From the NCBI GenBank assembly GCA_963765205.1, contig CAVXVB010000005.1:626285-690284 (forward strand): 64,000 nucleotides of DNA. Reading direction: 5' to 3'. The DNA comes from an uncultured Verrucomicrobiae bacterium. Lineage in GTDB: Bacteria > Verrucomicrobiota > Verrucomicrobiia > Opitutales > JABDGR01. Under the pieces are notes generated by a model, which saw nothing but the letters and a program-made list of their open reading frames with translations, searched no databases and was not told the DNA's origin. Both the position numbers and the translations under genes were made by a program. Each line of letters starts with the position of its first letter. The first letter of the stretch is position 1. Below, one piece after another: positions 57,013-64,000 of the stretch.

Positions 57013-60000
57013 ATGAAAATGAAGCTCACCGCCATCGGCGCATGGCCTATTTCATCCATGAAGAACCTCAACTCCAATTCACAACGATTCAACCTCGCCG
57101 CCCTGGGTCTCGCGTTCTCGCTCCTTGCGAATCACGCGGGGGCGGCCGTTTATTATTGGGACCTGCAAGGAACGACCGGAGCGAACCCGTACACTGGCAG
57201 CCTGAGTGGCACTTGGGAAAACAACGACTGGAGCGTGTCCACAAGCGGCCAAGCTACGCCCGGAGCCTGGGTGGACATCGCGGATGGGCGAACTGCGGAA
57301 TTCGCCATCCACAGCGGCACCGGCACCCCCGCTTTTACCGTCACGATGAATGCCAACCACACCGTTGCCGGCATAATCAATAATCCCCCATGCACCGTGA
57401 CGATCACCGGCAGCGGCACCATGACCCTGCCGTTTGGCTCTCAACTGTTCAATATAATAAGTGTCAGCGGCGACCCCGGCTCAGTAACGATCAACAACGT
57501 GATTAACGGCACCGGGTCACTCTCCAAGTTCGGCACCGGCACCCTCACGCTCAGCGGCGCCAATACTTACAGCGGTGGCACAACCCTCAACGGTCCCGGC
57601 ACGCTCCAACTGGGGGACGGGTTGGCGAACAACGGCAGTGTGGTGGGCAATATCACGAACCTGGGCACCCTGGTTTTCGCGAACCCGACCGGGCAGATTT
57701 ACGCGGGTGTCATCAGCGGAACGGGTTCGCTCACCAAGCAGGCCGCAGGCATCCTCACGCTGACCGGGGCCAACACGTACAGCAGCGGCACCACCATCAA
57801 CGGCGGCGTCGTCCAGATCAACGCCGATGGCTCCCTGGGCTCGGTCCCAGGCACCCCGAGAGTCAACGTGAGCCTCAACGGCGCGTGCCTGATGAACGAC
57901 GCCTCCTCGCCGGTGCTGAATGGGAACCGGATGATTCAGCTCGGGACCAGCGGCGGCTACTTTGACGCCGGCTGGGGCCCGGGTGAGCCGCTCACCATCA
58001 ATGGCCAAATCACCGGCACCGGCAGGCTGTATATCAACCTGGATGGCTCGCCTGTCGTCCTGGCCAACCCCACGAACAATTACACCGGCGACACGATCAT
58101 CGGCACCAATGGACCGGGGTCACTATTCCTCGGGCACGGCGGCCTGGCTGCAGCTTGGGGCCGCATATGCTCTCCCTGCGGGTGCGGGCTATGGCAACGT
58201 CATCATTTACAACAAGTATATGGGCCAGTTGGATCTTAATGGTTGGAACGCCAATGCCAACGGCCTTTCGGGGGACGGTCTGGTTATCAACAGCGGGGCG
58301 CTCGCCACCCTGGGTGTGGGTAACAACAACGCCAGCGGCACCTTCGCGGGCACCATTACCGGCTCGATCGCGCTGACCAAGGTCGGCACCGGCATACTGA
58401 CGCTCACCGGGACCAACACCTACAGCGGCGGCACCACCATCACCACCGGCGTTGTTCGGATCAACGCCGACGGCTCCCTGGGCGCGGGCTCGGGCAGGGT
58501 GACGCTCAACGGCGGGTGCCTGATGAACAATGGCTCGGCGCCGGTGCTTAATGTGAACCGGACCATCAGCCTCGGGGCCAGCGGCGGCTACTTTGACGCC
58601 GGCTGGAACGAGTCCATCACCATCAATGGCCAAATCACCGGCGCCGGCACGCTAAATATCAATCTGGATAGCGGGCCTGTCGTTCTGGCCAATAGCGGAA
58701 ACAACTACACCGGCGACACGATCATCGGGACGGATGGGCCGGGTACTATTCCTCCGGCCCGGCGGCCTGGCTGAGCTTGGGGCTTCGTATGTTCTCCCGT
58801 CCGGTTCGGGCTATGGCAACGTTACCATTTACAGCGCGTATAAGGGCCAGTTGGACCTGAATGGCTTCAACGCCACCATCAACGGCCTTTTGGGGGACGG
58901 CCTGGTTATCAATAGCGCGGCGGGCGCCAGCAGCCTGACTGTGGGTGAAGATAACGTCAGCAGCACCTTCGCCGGCACTATTCAGGGCTCCGCTGGCCCG
59001 CTCGCGCTGGGCAAGATCGGCTCCGGCACGCTAACGTTGAGCGGCGCCAGCACCTACAGCGGCGGCACCACCGTTGGTTGGGGCACGCTGCTGGTGAACA
59101 ACGCGACCGGGAGCGGCACGGGTTCGGGCGCGGTGAGGGTCTATTCCGGTGGCAGCCTGGGCGGCACGGGCACTATTAACGGCCCAACCACCGTTTATTT
59201 GGGCGGCACGCTGGCCCCGGGTCCGGGGGGTAATTCTTCCATCGGCGCGCTCACCTTCGGCAGCAGTCTCAAGCTCGATGGCGTGACCAGCATGGCGATC
59301 AATAAGGCGCCAAACAGGGCCGACGAGATTGTGATGACCAGCGGAAACACCGTAACCCTGGGGGGCACTCTCTTCGTGCCGTACCTCGGCAGCACGGCGC
59401 TGGTCGCGGGTGACACCTTTCAATTGGTTGTCGGCGCCATGGCCGGGACGTTCAACAGTTTTGACTTGCCGGCGCTGCCCGCCGGATTGTTGGTTTGGGA
59501 CACTTCGCAGCTCACGCCCGGCGGCAACGGAACGGTCACGGTGAGAGCTTTAACCCCGCAAATCTTCAGCTTCAGTCCAAACAGTGGCAACGCCCCGCAA
59601 TCGTTGATGCCCGGCTCGACGGTATATATTAACGGGAGTGGTTTCGCCGCCGGTTCGCAAGTCATGTTTGGGAACACTAACGCCGTGTGTAACCCTACGC
59701 GCATCAGCCAGGACGGCACGGAAATTCAGGCCCAGGTCCCCCGGTACGCGACAACAGGTAACTTGTGCGTTTTATTACCGGGTTTCCCCAACGCTTGTTC
59801 CGCCCAGCCATTCACCGTCAACTGCTACCGCAATACGTGTGGTTTCGCCTTCGAAAACGACTGCGCTTTCCAAGACTCTGTGCATGGCTACACCTGTGGT
59901 GTGGAAGACACGGCATTGTTCGGCTCCGGCCAGACTGAAATATGCGCTTGCTTGTTTGGCAACTGTGTTTGCATCAACAATCCGATGGCGGATCTTTTCG

Positions 60001-61677
60001 TCGCGATCGCGAACGCGCTCCTGGGGACGAGCTGTCCGGCTTCTGGACCGGGTGCTGGACAGTGTTTCGGCTTCTCTCTCGCCAGCCAGCGCTTGATGCA
60101 CGGGCAGCAGCCTTATAGCGTCACAATTTTGGGGCAGACGTACCAGCTATTTCCTCTGCCAGCCGGACTTGACCAGCGATACGGTGTGGAACCTCCAAGG
60201 TCCGAGTGACAACGGATGGTCGCCGCAGATCGCCAATTACATCCATGTCCAGCATATGGCCCAATTGAGCGCCGAATTCCTAGGTTATTATGCTGGTACC
60301 GCCAGCTCCTTGAATCTCCTTACGTCCTACAGCACCGGCTCCAGCGCCGGCTTGTCCAACGCCATCGCGACCGCCCTCAACAACGGCGACCATCCACTGA
60401 TTGCCATGTGCAACGGCATAGAAACGGCCACGTGGTGGTGGCCTATGATCTCGAACCTCCTGCCCCCGGCTCGGGTGATTACTGCTACATTGATGTCTAC
60501 GATTGCGATGTCAGTTCACCGACCGAGAACGCCGCCGCCAACCCATCTGGAAATAATCATATAGCCAGGAACAACTAAGCCGCATCATCCTCAAAACGGA
60601 CAACAACTGGGAGTTTCCACGCGAAGGCTGGGGCGGAGGCTTCAATGCATTGGTTATGGTGCCTTACGGCACCGTCCCGGTGCAACCCACAATGCCGCAC
60701 TCTCGCCCTTTGGCGTGCTCGATTTCTTAATCACCGTGGCCTTTGGCGGCGCAGCCCAAACTACGCAAATAACCGACACTGCCGGCCACACGATGTTCAA
60801 CCCGGACGGGACGCAGAACCTCAATCCCGCCACATCCTTGCCCCTGGCCACCCATTCGCGCCGCTCAAAGGGACCAACGCGTCGGCGCCGATATTCCTGT
60901 TGGGCACCAACGGCACCTATACCTGCTCGGTCACCGGCGTCACCAATGGCACCTACTCCACCAGCGTTATGGGCTCCGCCAGCGTTATGGGCGCCCCGTA
61001 CCGGCATCGTCGCGCGCGTTTTAGCACTTCCACCAGCCCCACTACGAGCAACGCTCTCACCTTCGTGGCTGGCGTTCCCGGGCTTGCGGTTTCGGGCCTC
61101 CAACACGAAGCCCTTGACGTTCAACGTCTTGGCGCTCGCCGGGGCAAACGGTGTGTTCCGCAGCGCCATTCTCACTACGACGACCTTCAGCGGTGGGGGC
61201 GACACGCTGGAGTTCAGTGATGCGGAGTGTCAAACGGTCACCTTCAGACACGTCGCTAGGCCACGAGCTTCACCCTGACGTTGTGGCAGTTGGACGGCCA
61301 GGGAAAAACCGCCGCGTTCATCAGTCCAACACTCAACGTGTACATTAATGCTCGGTGACCTTCAACCCGTCGGACTGGAGCACGCTGGCAAATGCGCCGG
61401 TGGCGGCAACCTACGTGAGCGCCGAGGGCCAGCGGCAGACAACGATCAGTCCGCAGACCATGGCAATTCCTGTCGAACGGAGCGTTTTCTCTGACCTGGC
61501 TCAGCCCCGCGATTGGTTCAGCCTACCTCATCGAGGCCAGCACCAACCTCAGCGGCACCAACCTCACTTTACCTGGACCACCCTGGGCACGGTGACCAAT
61601 GTCACCGGCGTCATACAATTCACCGACTCCGCCGCGCCACAGCACGCACCCGGTTTTATCGCGCCGTGGCTAATTGA
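57013..61677 (+). CDS. Large secreted protein with autotransporter-associated beta-strand repeats, an IPT/TIG domain, a putative Cys-protease-like domain and a verrucomicrobial C-terminal domain (many frameshifts)
   Basis: Repeated L.K.G.GTLTLSG.NTYSGGTT; PQIFSFSP...V.INGSGF; GQCFGFS; C-terminal EASTNL...W...FTD...FYRAVAN. Pieced together from several ORFs. Confidence 0.72.
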
Positions 61678-61794
61678 CCGCCGCGCCGGCACAAGCCGCA
61701 TTATCATGCGCTGGGCGCAACCAATCTTATCGCGGGAACTGCAGCAGGAAGTAATATGCCGGCTGACATCGCCTTAATCCGCGCAGGAAGCACC

Positions 61795-63217
61795 ATGAAA
61801 ACTCTTCACATTCCATTGATCATTGTCCTGTTGCTCTTGGCTGGCCGAGCGTTCAATGCCAGGGCAGGACTAGGTGGAGACGGTTCTTCACTCCTTTGGC
61901 AGTTCTGCCGACGATGGCGAATGTCCCACTAGCCGGGCTAGTGCAGGGCAGCGACGGCAATTTCTACGGGACGACCTCGGGAGGCGGGACGAGCAACGCA
62001 CGGCACCGTGTTTCGGATCAGTCCCAGCGGCAGCTACACGAATCTTTACTCGTTTGGCAGCTACCCCAACGATGGGGCCAGTCCGGTGCCGGGCTGGTGC
62101 AGGGCAGCGACGGCAATTTCTACGGGACGACCTGATACGGCGGGACGACAACGACTGCGGCACCGTGTTTCGGATCAGTCCCGGCGGCAGCTACACGAAT
62201 CTTTACTCCTTTGCCGGCTCCCCCAACGATGGGGCAATACCAGCAGCCGGGCTGGTGCAGGGCAGCGACGGCAATTTCTACGGGACGACCGCTGACGGCG
62301 GGACGAGCGCACTACGGCACCGTGTTTCGGATCAGTCCCAGCGGCAGCTACACGAATCTTTACTCTTTGGCAGCTACCCAACGATGGGGACAATCCATCT
62401 GCCGGGCTGGTGCAGGGCAGCGACGGCAATTTCTACGGGACGACCGCTGCCGGCGGGACGACACGACTATGGCACCGTGTTTCGGATCAGTCCCAGCGGC
62501 ACCTACACGAGTCTTTACTCCTTTGCCAGCGGTCAACGATGGGGCCTATCCAGAAGCCGGGCTGGTGCAGGGCAGCGATGGCAATTTCTACGGGACAACC
62601 AAGACAGGCGGGACGAACGGCGAACGGCACCGTGTTTCGGATCGGTCCCAGCGGCAGCTACACGAATCTTTACTCATTTGTCGGCCACCCACCGATGGGG
62701 CCGACCCAACGCCGGGCTGGTGCAGGGTAGCGACGGCAATTTCTACGGGACGACCTACGGCAGGGCGGGACGAACAACACCAACGGCACCGTGTTTCGGA
62801 TCAGTCCCAGCGGCAGCTACACGAATCTTTACTCCTTTGCCGGTCGCCCACCGATGGAGCAAATCCAGAGCCGGGCTGGTGCAGGGCAGCGACGGCAATT
62901 TCTACGGGACCACCGGATACGGCGGGACGAACAGCATCGGCACCGTATTCAAACTGGCCGACTTCCGCTGAACACTCCTCCCGCCAATCCAGATATCACC
63001 GTCAAGGTTGAGGCGACACGAATGTTAGCGGTCGGCATCCTCGTCCGTCGCCGGCGAGCCCTATCCGTTGCAGTCCCGAACTCGCCTGGGCTCCGGAAGC
63101 TGGTCGAATGTCCCTGGCATATTATTAACCAACGGCATCGGCAGCGTCCTGACCTTGACCAATTTCGGGGAACATCCCGCACCGCAGGGGTTCTATCGGT
63201 ATGCCATAACCCCGTAG
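61795..63217 (+). CDS. Secreted GloVer (Gloeo_Verruco, TIGR03803-type) tandem-repeat beta-propeller protein (many frameshifts)
   Basis: Signal peptide MKTLHIPLIIVLLLLAG; seven GLVQGSDGNFYGTT..GG...GTVF units; C-terminal GFYRYAITP. Confidence 0.82.
61932..62955 (+). repeat. Seven ~155-bp tandem coding repeats
   Basis: GCCGGGCT(G/A)GTGCAGGG(C/T)AGCGA(C/T)GGCAATTTCTACGGGAC starts at about 61932, 62088, 62245, 62401, 62556, 62711 and 62870. Confidence 0.92.
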
Positions 63218-63500
63218 GGATTCAGCAGGAGAGGTGCAGCCGTGGGGGTGAAACGGCAAACGAAACTAAACCGAAGCCGTGTTCACAACTCGGAGAACCG
63301 CTTCCGGCTGCGCTGCTGCATCCTCGTCAACCGACCGGCTGAAATCCGCTCGCAGGAGCCGGCGTGAGGAGTCTCTAACTGGTAACGGCTCGATTCTTTA
63401 CAAGTCCCGACAGACTCGACTGCTGCGGCGAATCGGCCGGCAGCGGGCGACACGATGAATGTGGTTGGCAGTGAAAACCAAGGATGGCGACTTGTGGCTT

Positions 63501-63570
63501 AGCGTGCTCAGATCGAACGTGGAACGCGGAGTCTAGGCTCGGTTGAGGTGAAGGCAAGATGATTGGGAAA
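63501..63570 (+). repeat. 70-bp direct repeat, right copy (uvrD ATG changed to ACG)
   Basis: AGCGTGCTCAGATCGAACGTGGAACGCGGAGTCTAGGCTCGGTTGAGGTGAAGGCAAGATGATTGGGAAA. Confidence 0.93.
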
Positions 63571-64000
63571 TGAGCGGCTTCTGCCTTAGGGAAAAACCCG
63601 ACTCACTTTTGCTAACAGTACGGATTTTCTTTTCCACCAGAAGCAGGCAAGCTTCTCGGGATCGTTTCAGAATCAAACTATGGCGTTGTGCTAAAATAAA
63701 CGGATCACCCCGGTGCCGGGCTGTATCCTGCAAAGGGGGCCGCGGACCTTCGCCCTGCTGGGAAAAGCCACGCCGCTCGGCTTGGCCGCCTTCAACCCGG
63801 GAGGACGTTTCCCGCAGTTGGGCTTTGACCGCCGAATTCGGCTGCCTCCGTCTGGAGCGCCTGTCCGGCGACGAAGAAGTAACCGGGGAACAGTTGTTCC
63901 TGCCGCTGCCCGCCGACTATGATTACAGCATCACGGTCCCGACAAGTCTCCCGACACCGAACCCGGGCGGTCTTCGGGCTGCTCCCTTCGGAACTGGAGG

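Noticed and set aside
61932..62955. CRISPR array or DGR
   Set aside because: Units are ~155-bp coding repeats, variable parts are too short for spacers, and there is no cas or RT gene in the window.
57013..63217. Calling both secreted-protein genes pseudogenes
   Set aside because: Damage is mostly small indels in a region that looks poorly polished; cannot be separated from sequencing error without reads.
63571..64000. Short ORFs at the window end
   Set aside because: No recognisable motif or convincing coding signal.

Overview
Bacterial DNA, most consistent with Verrucomicrobiota. Positions 1-54390 read as an Opitutales-like chromosome: a large secreted helical protein (partial), mazE plus a truncated mazF fused to a foreign membrane-anchored protein, nusB-ribH-ribB(X), a FliA/WhiG sigma factor, a Pho-box-controlled pstSCAB-phoU operon, a truncated IS1595, GH29/galM/can, a glycosyltransferase-methyltransferase cluster, truA, ppnP, an Rrf2-SDR pair with two visible operators, system II cytochrome c maturation genes, ychF, glyQS, vapBC, four tandem Cip1-like secreted paralogs, rmuC, a 900-aa ECF sigma/membrane fusion, recJ, a RelE/ParE-like TA pair, secDF-yajC, ymdB, MarR and a MacA-like adaptor. 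At about 54380-54390 an abrupt junction (11-bp microhomology) joins macA to a 3'-truncated uvrD. Beyond it, a 7.1-kb cassette (XRE regulator, autotransporter-repeat/IPT/putative Cys-protease protein, 7-repeat GloVer propeller) is bracketed by a 70-bp direct repeat that carries the uvrD start. Intergenic DNA holds many 7-mer tandem repeats, 9-mer inverted-repeat elements and GTAG-type REPs. Frameshifts in housekeeping genes (secDF, uvrD) point to uncorrected indel errors, so pseudogene calls are tentative. No rRNA, tRNA or CRISPR array was seen. All product calls come from motif recognition, not database searches.
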